This document shows positions 1 through 14,200 of a stretch of 64,000 bases of DNA, piece by piece. How positions within the stretch are numbered: position 1 is the stretch's first letter; each line of letters begins with the position of its first letter. Origin of the DNA: Paraspadella gotoi (lineage: Eukaryota > Animalia > Chaetognatha); contig CM119270.1 in the NCBI GenBank assembly GCA_051294375.1, positions 12,337,676 through 12,401,675 of the forward strand, read 5' to 3'. The notes below the pieces were generated by a model that had not been told where the DNA came from, searched no databases, and worked only from the letters and a program-made list of their open reading frames with translations. The position numbers were made by a program, and so were the translations under genes.

Positions 1-3000
1 AAAAAAATCGCTTAGGAACTAAAACTTAATCTTAAATTACCACATAGTTTACATTTCAATATGATAATCAAGAACAGTAAAGTACAGAAGGAAGAGTCGT
101 GAGTTCGTCAAATCAAATGATATTTCCTATTAAGTTACTGTATTATAGGAGTATTTTTCAGGACTTTACAATACTAAATCTTCAAGTTAAAAAATTTCTC
201 ACTCATTGTAAAAAAACCAAATTTTAATTAATTTTCTTACAGTCTTGTAAGGTAAAGGTGTGCAATTACACATATAACAAATCAAAGAAAACCGAAGTAG
301 TATTGCTAACAATATAAACATGTAAACGGGAATAATGAATTTTCTTAAACACATAAATTCAGTGAATGATTTGACATTTGATAATTTAATCGATGGCATT
401 GAAGTAGGAATTATTAATCTTTGACATTGTCGTCTTCTCTTTGACTTCCGGTTTGTTAGTTTAAACTTGGTCGGTCATCGCACGAGGAGACAATCGACCC
501 ATTTTCGTCTGAAATGAGAGAAGAAAGGCATTATTTTTAGCTTTACATCTACGATAAGAAGATATAACATGCCTCTTCCTTTTAATGGTGCGAAAAAATA
601 TGTTTTCTTTTGAAGCCAAAAGTAAACATACAATTCTGAAAGGTGTTCAGGGAAGTGAGAGTCATTTTGAAAATTATATTTTCAAACTAACAAAGTTGAA
701 AATAAATGAAATTTTCTAGAATTTTAAAAAAAAGTCTTCTTAAATTATTTTATCTCATATTTTTGTCAGGAGCCCCCTATTTTTGTTTTTGAGCCAACGT
801 ATTTGTATTACTGCAGTTTCTTACAAAAAGTATATGAGCGGAAACATTACAGAGTTTGTAAAAATTTTCCGGCATTAATTTGCGCATTGATCTAGTAAAC
901 CACTCAAAGAATTGTATAAAACAGAAACACCAAAGAAGTCGCTTTCTAAACAGTGTTCTTGAAGAATTTTATCCATATTTAGATTCACAAAAATTGAAGG
1001 AATAAAATAAAATTAGCTTTTTTTTCAATACACGTTCAATGTTTTGTGAAAAATTGCTTGTTTTGGCGAATTCATGCAATCATATGCTTTCATGCATTTG
1101 GTTACAGAAATCGGAGCCTCTAGGAAACAATTATGTGAAGTATATTTATATATATTTTTTTTTATTGAGAAATCATTTTTAATAAGCGCCAGTAATAATA
1201 AAAAAACCTTTAAAATTGTGTATTTTCTTATTAACTAGGAAAGTGAAAATTAAGTGAACACTGTAATACAAGTTTTGAGGAATGTTCCAACATTCGCTGT
1301 ACCGTGGCGGTACCAAACTCAAGCCCCATCCTAAATGAGTCCACGGAGGATGAAATGTGTTATATACAACATCAAAGAGCGGAGGGATTTTCTTTAAAGA
1401 AAAAGTTGCAAGTGCAAATAAAGTGAATTGTTCGACATCTTGATTCCTTCATTTGCATTCATTTCTAATTAAAAAAATATTAAAAAATACGAGATATATA
1501 CTAATATAATTAATATAACTATAGTTTCATTTACTCTTATGGGATATATGTGTTTAATTAATAATTTAAGGTTGATATTTATCAACCTATCAAAAATTGC
1601 TACAACCAATTAATGTTACCCAAAGATATCGTACAATTCGCTATTATTCCGGAGTGAACAATTTCTGTTTTCTTTTCTGTTTGCTTTTTGTGCGGCGCCA
1701 AAGAATAAAAATTAGGATCGGCTGAACCATCGATTAAGGGTCTCGGGAAAAAAATATGAATACGTTTTCCAATACATTACCATCCGGGAATTCTTATTCT
1801 CCGGCTGCGCCGAAGAAACGTCCTCAAGGCTGGGGCGAGAGCCGTTTACTGGGGCTGGGCCTTAGGGCCGCAGCGAACCCCGTCAAATCGAAATTGGCCC
1901 CGGCCCGCCGCGGCCGAGGGCGAGGGGGAGGGGAGGAAGGGGTGCTCTTCCTCGGGGAGGGAGCGCTCTTCCGGGGGGAGGGACCAGGGCCCAATTCACG
2001 TGCAATCCGCCGGTGACCGCCCAGTGACCCGCCGTGAGCCGAAGGTTTGGTTCCCGTGATGCCAAGAGTTGAAATATCGGACGCGCCAACTGATTGTGGT
2101 TCGGGGGTTTGGTTGAGCGGAGGCGCGCGTTAAGCGTAGGTGCAGTCATCAAAATGGTAGCGTTTTGTTAAAGTGTTGCATGGCAACGGGAGGGCGCTCC
2201 GGGTGGCAGAGTATTAGCGCCCGCTGTGACGTTTGCCAATGGCGGCCACGGTCCAGGCGTGAATGCGCGAAAAAAAAGACCACCCAATTTCGTTTGTAAC
2301 CTCAAATTTTGATCGAAGGAGCGGAATGGTCAACAAAAAACGGTTATAACAACATGAATATGCCCTTAGACAAGGAGATCCTTATGTGTTTCACCGGATG
2401 CCACAACTATTTTGATTCAAGATTCAAAAATTATTTCATAAATTATTTCAAATAACTAACTAATTCTAAAAAATTATTTAAATTGCTTTGTGGTTAAAGT
2501 GTTGAAATTTCACATAATTTGTTTGTTAAGTGATAAATACTATTTCATCGCTTCAAATTATTTGATACTAAAAAGACCTAAGAAGACTATCCTAATCTAT
2601 GCATTTCTATTAAATCGACAGGGGTAATCCTACTAATATTTTTTTTAGGGTTGTATCTAATAAAAATCCTCAAATCGAATAATATTATAAGATTGAAGAA
2701 AAGATCGTTAAATTCCGTCCACAAAGTTACTTAATATTGCCTTCTAAAAACTACAAGCACAACGAGTAAGTAGCCAATGAGTTGCATTGACGTTATTCGG
2801 TAGGTAAAATGGGATTTCGAAAGCATTGCAAGCATAATATATTTTTTAGAGCAAATGAGACAATTCGAATTTTGAGAGGGCTTTATAACTCATGGTTGTA
2901 CTGGTGTTTTTATTCCAAAGAATGTTTTTACTATTTTATCATCTCTTTTTAATATTGGGCATTTGTAAATGTCGTTGCCCGCCTTTATATATTAAATAAA

Positions 3001-6000
3001 AAAAGAATTTACATATAAATTTAATCTTTATTTTTTTTTTACTAATTACGGTCAAAAATTTCCTTCGAAAGAAATCACATTAAATATCCCGATTTTAAAA
3101 ATCACCCACCTGTCCTTTTTTAAAAAAGAAAATACTTAAAGAAAAGGATTTTAAACCTTGAGGCCGTGAATTGGCCGTATACCAATATTATCTGAGAGGA
3201 TAAAAGAGGTGCACGTCCACACGTCTATACGGTCTGACTTAATATGAAAAGTTATAAAATGAGCATGGTGACTACGAAAACAGACTTTCACTCACCAAAA
3301 TAAATCTTCTCTTCCGTCTGAGAAATGTGAAACTCGCGTCACTATCCATCCTTTGGCAACCATCTCGTTATCATCTTTTCGAGCCCAGCACCCAGCATCA
3401 TTCATCAGTAAAACCTTTCATCGTCGACAAGGTCATCGTCAACATCATTTGTTAAATCCGGTCTTTTCCAATAAATTCCAAACTCATAATCTCTCCATGA
3501 AAAAAACTCTCACCACGAAATCCACTTGCCTTTTTCTTAGATCCGTTGAGAAATTCTCCTAGGTACATATTCGGATTCGTAAGTATCGCGGGTGTAGCTG
3601 TCGTTCTTCATCAGGTTGAAAATGTGCTCCTGTCCAGGGAATGTTATAAAGCAGGTCGATTAACTTAATTAAGAAGATTTGGGCAAATGTGATATGAATG
3701 TGATATGAATATCACCACATCACGAACGACGACCATCACGATATAATAATGTCGTAACCGACTGATATTACCTCCCGACTACAGTTCAAATGGATATTTC
3801 TGACTAATAACCTCAATTTTCACCTGCTTTTATTTATTTTTCTATTATTGCTCTTAACTTTTTCTCTTGAACCGATAAATACTTATTATAGTTGTATTTT
3901 CGTGTAAATGAGTTTCGTTAAATTTTTTATTCAGAAAATTAAATCGATGAACACCTTCTTAAACGTTGCGTCTTATGATTAATTAAATCTTTTTTTTTAT
4001 CTGAGATAAAAGAAAATCATTTGAACAAGTATACAAACGGATAAATAAGCATTGGGAGCTAGACGTAATACACTAATAGCACTTAAAAATAAAACGATAA
4101 TTCCATAAAATTCAACAAATTAGGGATCCACTGTAAATTTGGAAATAAGTAATTAAGGACAAAAATATACCAATGAAATCGGAAAGTAAATATATCATCA
4201 TTATGGCTAACCTAACATTCTTTAACTAGGCCATGCAATTTTTTTAAACGTTCATAGACAGAAATAATGGAAAAAAAAAATTTTTTTTTGAAGCAACCCT
4301 TTATTTTTCTCATATGGAATAATTAAAATCTAATGCTCGTTATACTCGCAGTGCTTTGATGAACGTTTAAAGAACAAAAAACCTGTTTATTACTATTTGA
4401 TTTATGCTTTTTTCTTTTAATCAAGTGTGTGTGTGTTATTAATAATTCATAAAAGTGAGAAATATTGCATTTATTGCTCAAACTGTCTTTTTTTGTCAAC
4501 TAACTCTTAAAACATCGTACATTTCCGAGATATACCTCCACTCTGCGATTGGGTAATTTCTTTCAGTTGGCTTCACCTTGCGGCTTCGTCCGAAAGTGTG
4601 ACGATCCGTCAACTGGTTGTTCCACTTTCCTCATCGGTGATTTCGGCGACGCGTGAATCAACCGTTGATGCGGGGATTGTGCTTGGGGTCCCAAAAACTT
4701 CGCTGGAAGAACAAGAAGAATAAATGAGTTTCGTGCATTACGGATCTTTGGATCCAAACTTGGTTTGTACCCGGCCCGTCACTCCTTATTGTCAAACTTT
4801 GTAATGGGGTGGGTAGAAGTTTTGATTTGGGAACCCTCCCAAATGAAACTTCATTACGTTTCTGAAAAAGCCTTTCATGGACCCCAAAATATTTCTAATC
4901 AATGGCTAAGAAGCACTCAGTATTAATTTTGTTAATACTTTATTTATAGATAGACGAATGTCAAAATATTTTCTTTTTTGAATTTTGTATTTTTTAAAAG
5001 GGCAGACTTCAGATAGCTTTTATAAAAGTTGTCTTTCACACAAGTTATAATTCTTTTTTAAATTATTTTTGATGAAAGTGGGTCCAAATTTCGGGAAAAA
5101 CTTTTTAAAAAAATCAGATCATGGCGTTTTGTTTCATTTGCACTATACCTGGTGGGGGTAAAAAAGGAAATAGAGGGATAGCAAAGACACTAATTTATAA
5201 TAATTATAATAATTAATAATTATTTGGCTGAATAATCAGACCTTACTTATACTATCGTTGCATTGACTGTGGACCCGCCTAAGTCTTTGCTCCGGCCAAC
5301 ATTTAGTTCTTGACCAGGCAACCAAAATCTATGAAAAAGATATGTCAAAATATATTATATGAAAAAAAAACTTCCCCTTCATCATTTACACACTTATTCT
5401 AGTTTATTTAATTTAATATCTATATATCATATCTATTTGACCTGAGATTCTCGCCCAGAAAATCCTTGTCAAGAATTTGCCGAGGGTTTGATCCCTTCCC
5501 TCGGGTGAATCCTGAGGAGCTTCCGTTGAAGAGAAGCTCCCACCGCCTTGACGCGCTCGCTGGGGGATGTCCTTCAGCGTCTTCTCTGCTCCCAAACACT
5601 CGGTGCCTTCGGAGATTCAGGGGTTGGAGGATCCGGGGTTCGTCATGACGGATCGAAGTCCGAGTAATTGTTCGAAGTAGTTGCATCATGCTGAGTGGCG
5701 AGAGTAAGCGATTTGATTTTCAATCATTTGATCGAGTTTTTGACAAATAACAACTTTTCAACTAAATATTCTAAATCAATGTACCGAATTAGATACATTC
5801 AGAATAACTGGATAATTGACAAAACTGACTACTTCGAGCAAATATACCTGCATTCGCATCACCGAGAATAAATTACGTGTATTTTCATTCTCATTACTCT
5901 GGGTGAATTAAATACTACATCGAGTCTACACATGTAGCATACCACCAATTACTTTAGAAACGTATACATGATATACTATCTGCTAAATCTAACTGCATAT

Positions 6001-8520
6001 TGTGTAATTTCGCATGATTACGATTTCATAACAAAACAACCTACTCTCATCGATCCGCGTTCGCGCCATCCTTATTGGAGGACTTTCCACCGCACGCCCC
6101 ATCATGTCGAGACTCCCCTGGAGTTTGATGACTTCGTTCTTGACGTCCCGTCGATGGACGGGGAGGGGATTTTTCCGAGAAGGAGACGGAGGGGAGATTG
6201 CGTTTCCGCCGGGGACTTGGTAGTCGTGATGTCTGGGTGGGAGATGGTCTTGTCGGATGGAAAGAAAGAGGGGACTCGGAACGATTATGTGTATTTGTAA
6301 GAGAGATGAAAGACTTAACCACCCACCATCACCGTTATAAGTCAGGGGCACGTAGCATATGAGGCCAACTTGGATACAATTAACCTTTCCTTTTTTCCTC
6401 TTTCCCTTGCCCTACTTTGTCTAATGACCTTCGACTTCCGATCTGGACAAAGTAAGGAGGAACCGAGGGAAAGTAAGGTCAAGTTGGAGGTATCCGGTTG
6501 TTGATGTATGTGGACCCCTTAAACAACATCACCACTTATTTTCACTTTCCATACATATATTACGTGAATAGATATTTATGTATTAATCGTACCATTTTCC
6601 CGTTAGCTCTCATAATCTCATTCGCAGCTTAGACTCAGCTCTTTGGTGGTAATCAAGGGTTTGTTCCATCTTGCAGGCTTCTTGGATGTCGACCTCGGTC
6701 GTGTTCAGTCATCCGGGTACGGGGCGGGCACGTCCCAATAATCGCTGCCGCTCTTGAGCATATGTCACATCCTTCCGCTCCAACTCGTCGTCGCTTTTTT
6801 GTCGATCCTGGGAGAGTGACAAACGTTCTTTTGCATTATTAAACCACTTTTATTGATCAATGTTTACTGTTTTGAATTAAAATCATAATATTTGCGTACG
6901 AAATACGATTACCGGCATTTTACGTACATATTAAAAATAAATTAACAAAATATAAACATGCTCTATAGTGATATATCTTGGCCTGAGCCCCGCCCGCATA
7001 AAAATGAATTCCCATTTCCGCTCGGAAACATCTTTTGAGTCTGGGCCAGATCTCGGCTCCGTATGTCGACCAATTTCAATCGGCGTTTCTTGTTCTGGCA
7101 TCGTCCCTGCCACAGAACCACGGCTGATCCAGTGATCAGTATTTAAATGGGGAAAGAAAAACGTCGGAAAAAAACTTATAAAACAAAAAATAAAACAGGG
7201 GAAAATTATAAGGTCATGAAAAGATTCCAGTGGATTGTAAACTGCTTTTTTGATTCATTTATCTTACAGGCTGTTGATAAAATATATTCGTGCTATCTCA
7301 TCCGTAATCAATTGTTTTCCGGTTTCCCAGTGATTACTAGCCCAATAATCGGAAGTTTGGAAACCTTGGCAAAGTGCGAACACATACGCGATGATGATTT
7401 TGTAATTTCTACCAATTACAGTTAAATCCAGATCTTTTAGTAAGGTATAATGAATTTTATGTAATAATTCGACCCTGGTAAAAGTGTTGTTCGGTTTTCA
7501 CAGTGAGAACGTTGATCGTCGATGGGAAAGATAGTAGCCATGAGCTGGCCTCATCGAGGTGAGCCAAGTGAAGGGCCTCTTGCTGTGTCCTCGGATGTCC
7601 AGATTTTTCATCATCCAAGGAATCCAAGTCGGTACCTGTTGCTTGAATTTTCGTCAATGTGAAGAAGCATCGGTTCGAGGATCTAAACGTCGCCGTGAGT
7701 GAGGGGAGAATCACCGCTCACCCGTGAAAAACGCTTGGAATTTTCGCGCCATTAAATCTCTTTGGACGTCTCACCGGTGAACTCCTTGACGTTCGTCTTG
7801 CATGCCTCTCACGATTTTCTCCATCTTGTAAATGATTGAAATTACGAAGATTATTACTGGAACAAAAAATTAGATTTTTCACGGCAATTGACGCAGTTTT
7901 CATCGGACGTTTCAACTTTGTTAAAAAAACGAAAGCGTGACTTAAACGGCATTGTATGTTGGTTAATAATCGTTAAAAATTCTCAGCCATAATTACCGAA
8001 AAATTATCTAATGTGTAATGTATAAAATTTGTATATGATAACCGTTGTAAAGAATAATGTCGGAGGAAGGTGATGACGACTTTACGCATGGATTTCGAAC
8101 ACGACTCACCTTGGCGTAGACGAGCAGTGGGCATCTCGCGGGCACATGGGCGCGTTGATCATGGTCCAGACTTGGAGGAGGGGATGGTCGAGCCTGGCGT
8201 TGGGGTCTATACCCGTCGCCTAGGGTGGCGGACATCGTTTGGAAGACAATTGACTGAAGAGGATTTTAAATTAAAACAAATTTACATTAAATGTTAAATC
8301 GAAAAGATTCGCTTTCTTTAAAAATAATCGCGTCCGACATTAATGTTTTTCGTCTGTGGAAAAGGAGAATATCATTCATCTTATAATAAATATATAATAT
8401 AATAATAATACAATAATAATAATAATATAATAATAAAATATATAATAATATAATAATAATAATAGATAAAATAATAAAATAATTATCATCATCATCATCA
8501 ATCATCATATATCATCAATC
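1..8520 (+). repeat. Copy 1 of a >=8.5 kb direct duplication (partner 11269-~19300); indel-rich
   Basis: Position 1 'aaaaaaatcgcttaggaact' recurs at 11269 and the two copies stay colinear to the (AAT)n/(ATC)n tract (~8520 vs ~19300). Copy 1 has many extra single bases, increasing toward its right end. Confidence 0.97.
3295..8255 (-). pseudogene. Frameshifted, 5'-truncated duplicate of the RGS7-like gene (pseudogene or unpolished assembly copy)
   Basis: The exons of the 14.4-19.0 kb gene are recognisable (e.g. [27 protein letters not shown]) but broken by 1-nt indels. No counterpart of coding exon 19759-19903 is present. Confidence 0.85.
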
Positions 8521-8737
8521 TCTCTCTTAAAAAAAAGAGAGAGAGAGAGAGACAAACAGAGAAAGAGAAAGGGAGAGAGAGGGAAAGAAAAAAAAGAAGG
8601 AAAGAATAAAGAACGATAGAAATAAAGAAAGAAAAAAAAGAAAGAAAGAAATAACGAAAGAAAGAAATAAAGAAGGAAAGAAATAACGAAAGAAAAAAAT
8701 AAAGAAGGAAAGAAATAACGAAAGAAAGAAAGAAAAA

Positions 8738-8817
<80 letters not shown>

Positions 8818-8830
8818 AAAAAAGAAAGGA
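8521..8830 (+). repeat. (AG)n/(AAAG)n microsatellite at the duplication junction
   Basis: Directly visible simple repeat; source of the spurious F/L/S-rich ORFs. Confidence 0.95.
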
Positions 8831-8927
8831 AGAGACATGGTGGGTTAGGATAAAGGGGCAGGAGGAAGTCAATCGTATTACGGAAGGATGCGTCAGTTGC
8901 ATCTCCGAGGAGAAAAAGTCATTCATG

Positions 8928-8958
<31 letters not shown>

Positions 8959-10053
8959 GTCCAAAACGGGTTCCGGCTAAAACCGCGAGAAAACTTGGAC
9001 AGATGGCCTTCGATGTCACGATTTCTGGAGCCGTGCGGACTTTGTGGACTCTGTGGACACGGTTTGTGGGCAAAGTCTTTTGTTATGTGGGTTTAGACGT
9101 AACTCGAAAATCATGCGTAATCGAAATTGCGCAATAAGATTCGATGTTTATAATCGAATCTGTGTTGTGAGGAAAACTTTTGCGTTGAAGGCTAGATTTT
9201 CTGTTTCCAAGAGACAATACTCATAATACACCTTTTATCTGCAGTTAAAGAACTGTTCCTAAACTCTAATCTCAGTCTTATGAAATTATGCTAATTACTT
9301 ATTAACCTGGTTTTAAAAACAACTAATCAACGGCAAGATAAGATGAGGTAGGATATAATATTACGACCATAAGTCATACGATGCTTATTTTGCTTATATT
9401 TCATACTAGTGTATTCACGTGATCAACGGGAAATTCGAAAACCACGGTGGCGCAATACTTTGAACTTGCCGGTTCTTGTTATCATAATAATTTTATGGCC
9501 AATTTTTATGAGATTCTTAGGTCTACCATTATTTTCTATAATCATCAATAAAATAATTTACAATTTAAAATATAAAAAAGCTTGGAAGTCTGAAATTATT
9601 TGTTCAAGTGCTCCCACATATCATATAAATTACAAACCATTTTTAAATTGATTTCATCGGGTACTATTAATTTCTTTATATGTATTATTTATTTCAAATG
9701 AGGTTTAATAGTTTTGTGGCCTTTAGAATTAATCTGACTTTATTAGTATTACCGCAAATCTTTTAGACTGAGTAGAATTCCAGTCACTATCGACTGAAAT
9801 CGAGAAAATCGCAAAAGACTGGATTTAACAAAGTAACCAAGAAAAACGCCAATGCGAAGACTCAACGCAAAAAAGCGTCACCAGCTGTGAGCGGCCGGTT
9901 AACTGCGCAGCACTCGTTCAGTCTCAAACCTGCAGTCGATCTTGGAGCCCAGCGCTGCAGGTTCAGCTGCAGCTCTCTCTTCAGTTCAAAGCTTTACCCA
10001 CACAAAATCGGGACTCGTCTCTTCTCTCTCATTTTCTCCTCTCTCTCTTCTCT

Positions 10054-10094
<41 letters not shown>

Positions 10095-10830
10095 CCCCCT
10101 CTTTCCGTTTCCTCCCTTCTCCTCCCCGCTCCCTCTCCTCTGTGCCAAAGGCGAGAAGTGTGACTAGCGTCAGCAAAGAAGAGTGAAGAGAAAAAAAAAA
10201 GAGAAAGAGAAGAAAGAGAAAAAAAGAAGAACGAGTCGGAAGGATATTAAAGAAAGAGAAAATAAGGAATGAAAAGGGAATTTTTATATCACAATATGCA
10301 AGTTTAAAAGTTTTAAATAATTATAAATTGGTACAACCAATATAAAAATTATCCATTCATTTAATTATAAGCTATCTTGCCCCTGACTTTGGACAGAAAG
10401 AGAGGAAAATAAAAAAAAAACCCTTGTAATGGAAAGAAACAAAAGAAAAAAATAAGGGATTTGATGATTGCGGTAAAAAAGCAAAGAGATCGTGATTTTT
10501 ATTTGTTTCTCTTGGGTCCCGAAAAAACCCGGGAAAATGATATGCGTGCGCACAACTCGCTCACCCTTATTATTTTTTTTTTAAAAACCTTTCTGCTTTT
10601 GTTTGGGGAAAAATTTTAGCCGATTCGAGAATTGGTTGTACCATTGCATTGCATTGCCATTGGAGGATCGTCCGTCGTTGTTGTCATTTCTAGACAAGTC
10701 GTGACTTTAAACATCCACTGTGATTGAATTTTTTTAACTGTCTTTATTTAAAAAAAAAAAAATTCTTTCAGTTGTTTTAGTATAGGACCTATATAAGAAA
10801 ATATTTAACATCTCTAATGCTACCAGCTTT

Positions 10831-10885
10831 AGGTCTTGAACCCAAGGTTTCTTGCTAGATTACCCAGCCATTATCAATTGAGCTA
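10831..10885 (-). mobile_element. Degenerate tRNA-derived (SINE-head-like) fragment
   Basis: Minus strand reads TAGCTCAATTGAT (A-box-like) ... GGGTTCAAGACC (B-box-like) at tRNA-like spacing; no complete cloverleaf. Confidence 0.45.
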
Positions 10886-11268
10886 AGAAGTTAAAGAGCG
10901 CATATGTACTGACAGGTGGGAGAATCGTGGGATTCGTCCTTTAATTCAAGAGCAATGCTGTTTTTCGGCGAAAGCAATGATTAAGTTGATATGCAAATTG
11001 ATTTTAATTTTTTTTATTATGAGAATTTCTACTATAGAAAAAAAAAATTTTGAATATAACTAAACTAAATTTGCGTTGAAGTTTATTTTAAGCTAAATTT
11101 TGAAAAACTATTGAATAATCAAATGATAATGGTTTATAATTCTGTCTTTCGGCTTTTAGGCGAAGAAAGTTAAAACTAAATACAACAACATTATAATTTA
11201 AAACTATTCTCAAGAGTACTGTCTAGTATCACCTTAATTGCACCCCAACAAAAAATCAAAATAACCAA

Positions 11269-14200
11269 AAAAAAATCGCTTAGGAACTAAACTTAATCTT
11301 AAATACCACATAGTTTACATTTCAATGATAATCAAGAACAGTAAAGTACAGAAGGAAGAGTCGTGAGTTCGTCAAACAAATGATATTTCCTATTAAGTTA
11401 CTGTATTATAGGAGTATTTTTCAGGACTTACAATACTAAATCTTCAAGTTAAAAAATTTCTCACTCATTGTAAAAAACAAATTTTAATTAATTTCTTACA
11501 GTCTTGTAAGGTAAAGGTGTGCAATTACACATATAACAAATCAAAGAAAACCGAAGTAGTATTGCTAACAATAAACATGTAAACGGGGAATAATGAATTT
11601 TCTTAAACACATAAATTCAGTGAATGATTTGACATTTGATAATTTTAATCGATGCATGAAGTAGAATTATTAATCTTTGACATTGTCGTCTTCTCTTTGA
11701 CTTCCGGTTGTTAGTTAAACTTGGTCGGTCATCGCACGAGAGACAATCGACCCATTTTCGTCTGAAATGAAGAAAGAAAGGCATTATTTTTAGCTTTACA
11801 TCACGATAAGGAAGATATAACATGCTTCTTCCTTTTAATGGTGCGAAAAAATATGTTTTCTTTTGAAGCCAAAAGTAAACATACAATTCTGAAAGGTGTT
11901 CAGGGAAGTGAGAGTCATTTGAAACATTATATTTTCAAACTAACAAAGTTGAAAATAAATGAAATTTTCTAGAATTTAAAAAAAAGTCTTCTTAAATTTA
12001 TTTTATCTCATATTTTTGTCAGGAGCCCCCTATTTTTGTTTTTGAGCCAACGTATTTGTATTACTGCAGTTCTTACAAAAGTATATCAGGAACATACAGA
12101 GTTTGTAAAAATTTTCCGGCATTAATTTGCGCATTGATCTAGTAAACCACTCAAAGAATTGTATAAAACAGAACACCAAAGAAGTCGCTTTCTAAACAGT
12201 GTTCTTGAAGAATTTTATCCATATTGATTCACAAAAATTGAAGGAATAAAATAAAATTAGATTTTTTTTTCAATACACGTTCAATGTTTTGTGAAAAATT
12301 GCTGTTTTGGCGAATTCATGCAATCATATGCTTCATGCATTTGGTTACAGAAATCGGAGCCTCTAGGAAACAATTATGTGAAGTATATTTATATATATTT
12401 TTTTTATTGAGAAAATCATTTTTAATAAGCGCAGTAATAAAAAAAACCTTTAAAATTGTGTATTTTTCTTATTAACTAGAAAGTGAAAATTAAGTGAACA
12501 CTGTAATACAAGTTTTGAGGAATGTTCCAACATTCGCTGATACCGTGGCGGTACCAAACTCAAGCCCCATCCTAAATGAGTCCACGGAGGATGAAATTGT
12601 TATATACAACATCAAAGAGCGGAGGGATTTCTTTAAAGAAAAGTTGCAAGTGCAAATAAAGTGAATTGTTCGACATCTGATTCCTTCATTTGCATTCATT
12701 TCTAATAAAAAAATATAAAAATTAACCGAGATATATACTAATATAATTAATATAACTATAGTTTCATTTACTTTATGGATATATGTGTTAATTAATTATT
12801 AAGGTTGATATTTATCAACTTATCAAAAAAATGTTAATGTTACCCAAAGATATCGTACAATTCGCTATTATTCCGGAGTGAACATTTCTGTTTTCTTTTC
12901 TGTTTGCTTTTGTGCGGCGCCAAAGAATAAAAATTAGGATCGGCTGAACATCGATTAAGGGTCTCGGAAAAAAATATGAATACGTTTTCCAATACATTAC
13001 CATCCGGGAATCTTATTCTCGGCTGCGCCGAAGAAACGTCTCAAGGCTGGGGCGAGAGCCGTTTACTGGGGCTGGGCCTTAGGGCCGCAGCGAACCCCGT
13101 CAAATCGAAATTGGCCCCGGCCGCCGCGGCCGAGGGCGAGGGGGAGGGGGAGGAAGGGGTGCTCTTCCTCGGGGAGGGAGCGCTCTTCCGGGGGGAGGGA
13201 CCCAGGGCCCAATTCACGTGCAATCCGCCGGTGACCGCCAGACCCGCCGTGAGCGAAGGTTTGGTTCCGTGATGCCAAGAGTGGAAATATCGACGCGCCA
13301 ACTGATTGTGGTTCGGGGTTTGGTTGGACGGGAGGGCGGTTAATGGCGTAGGTGCAGTCATAAAATGGTAGCGTGTTTGTAAGTGTTGGCATGGCAACGG
13401 TGAGGGCGCCGCGGTGGCAGAGTATTAGCGCCGCTGTGACTTGCAAGTGGCGCCACGGTCAGAGTGAATGGCGCCGAAAAAAAGAACCACAATCGTTTTA
13501 ACCTCAAATTTTGATCGAAGGAGCGGAAGTCAACAAAAACGGTTATAACAACATGAATATCCCTTAGACAAGGAGATCCTTATGTGTTCACCGGATGTAC
13601 AACTATTTTGATCAAGACTTCAAAATTATTTCATAAATTTTCAAATAAACTAATTCTAAAAAAATTATTAAAATTGCTTGTGGTTAGTTTTGAATATTTC
13701 AATAATTTGTTTGTTAATGTATAAATCTATTTCATCTTCAAATTTATTTTATACTAAAAGACCTAAGAAGACTATCCTAATCTATGCTTCTATTAAATCG
13801 TACAGGGTAATCTATAAATCTTTTTAGGGTTGATCTTAATAAAAAATCCTTCAAATCCGAATAATATTAAAGATGAGAAAATATCGTTAAATCCGTCCAC
13901 AAAGTTACTTAATAATTGCTTCTAAAAACTACAAGCAAACGAAGTAGAGAATGAGTTGCATTGACGTTATCGTAGTAAATGATCGAAAGATTGCAAGCAT
14001 AATATATTTTGAGGCAAATGAGACAATCGAATTTTGAAGAGGGCTTTATAACTCATGGTGTACTGGTGTTTTTTATTCAAATAATGTTTTATCTATTTTA
14101 TCATCTTTTATAATATTGGTGCATTGTAAATGTCGTGCCGCCTTTATATATAAATAAAAGATTTACAGTGATAAATTAATCTTTATTTTTTTTTTAAATT

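Noticed and set aside
8498-9073. 191-aa F/L/S-rich ORF (and similar ORFs at 22648, 23697, 36419, 59731-60635 and 62731)
   Set aside because: Translations of (AAAG)n/(AG)n microsatellites; no domain signal.
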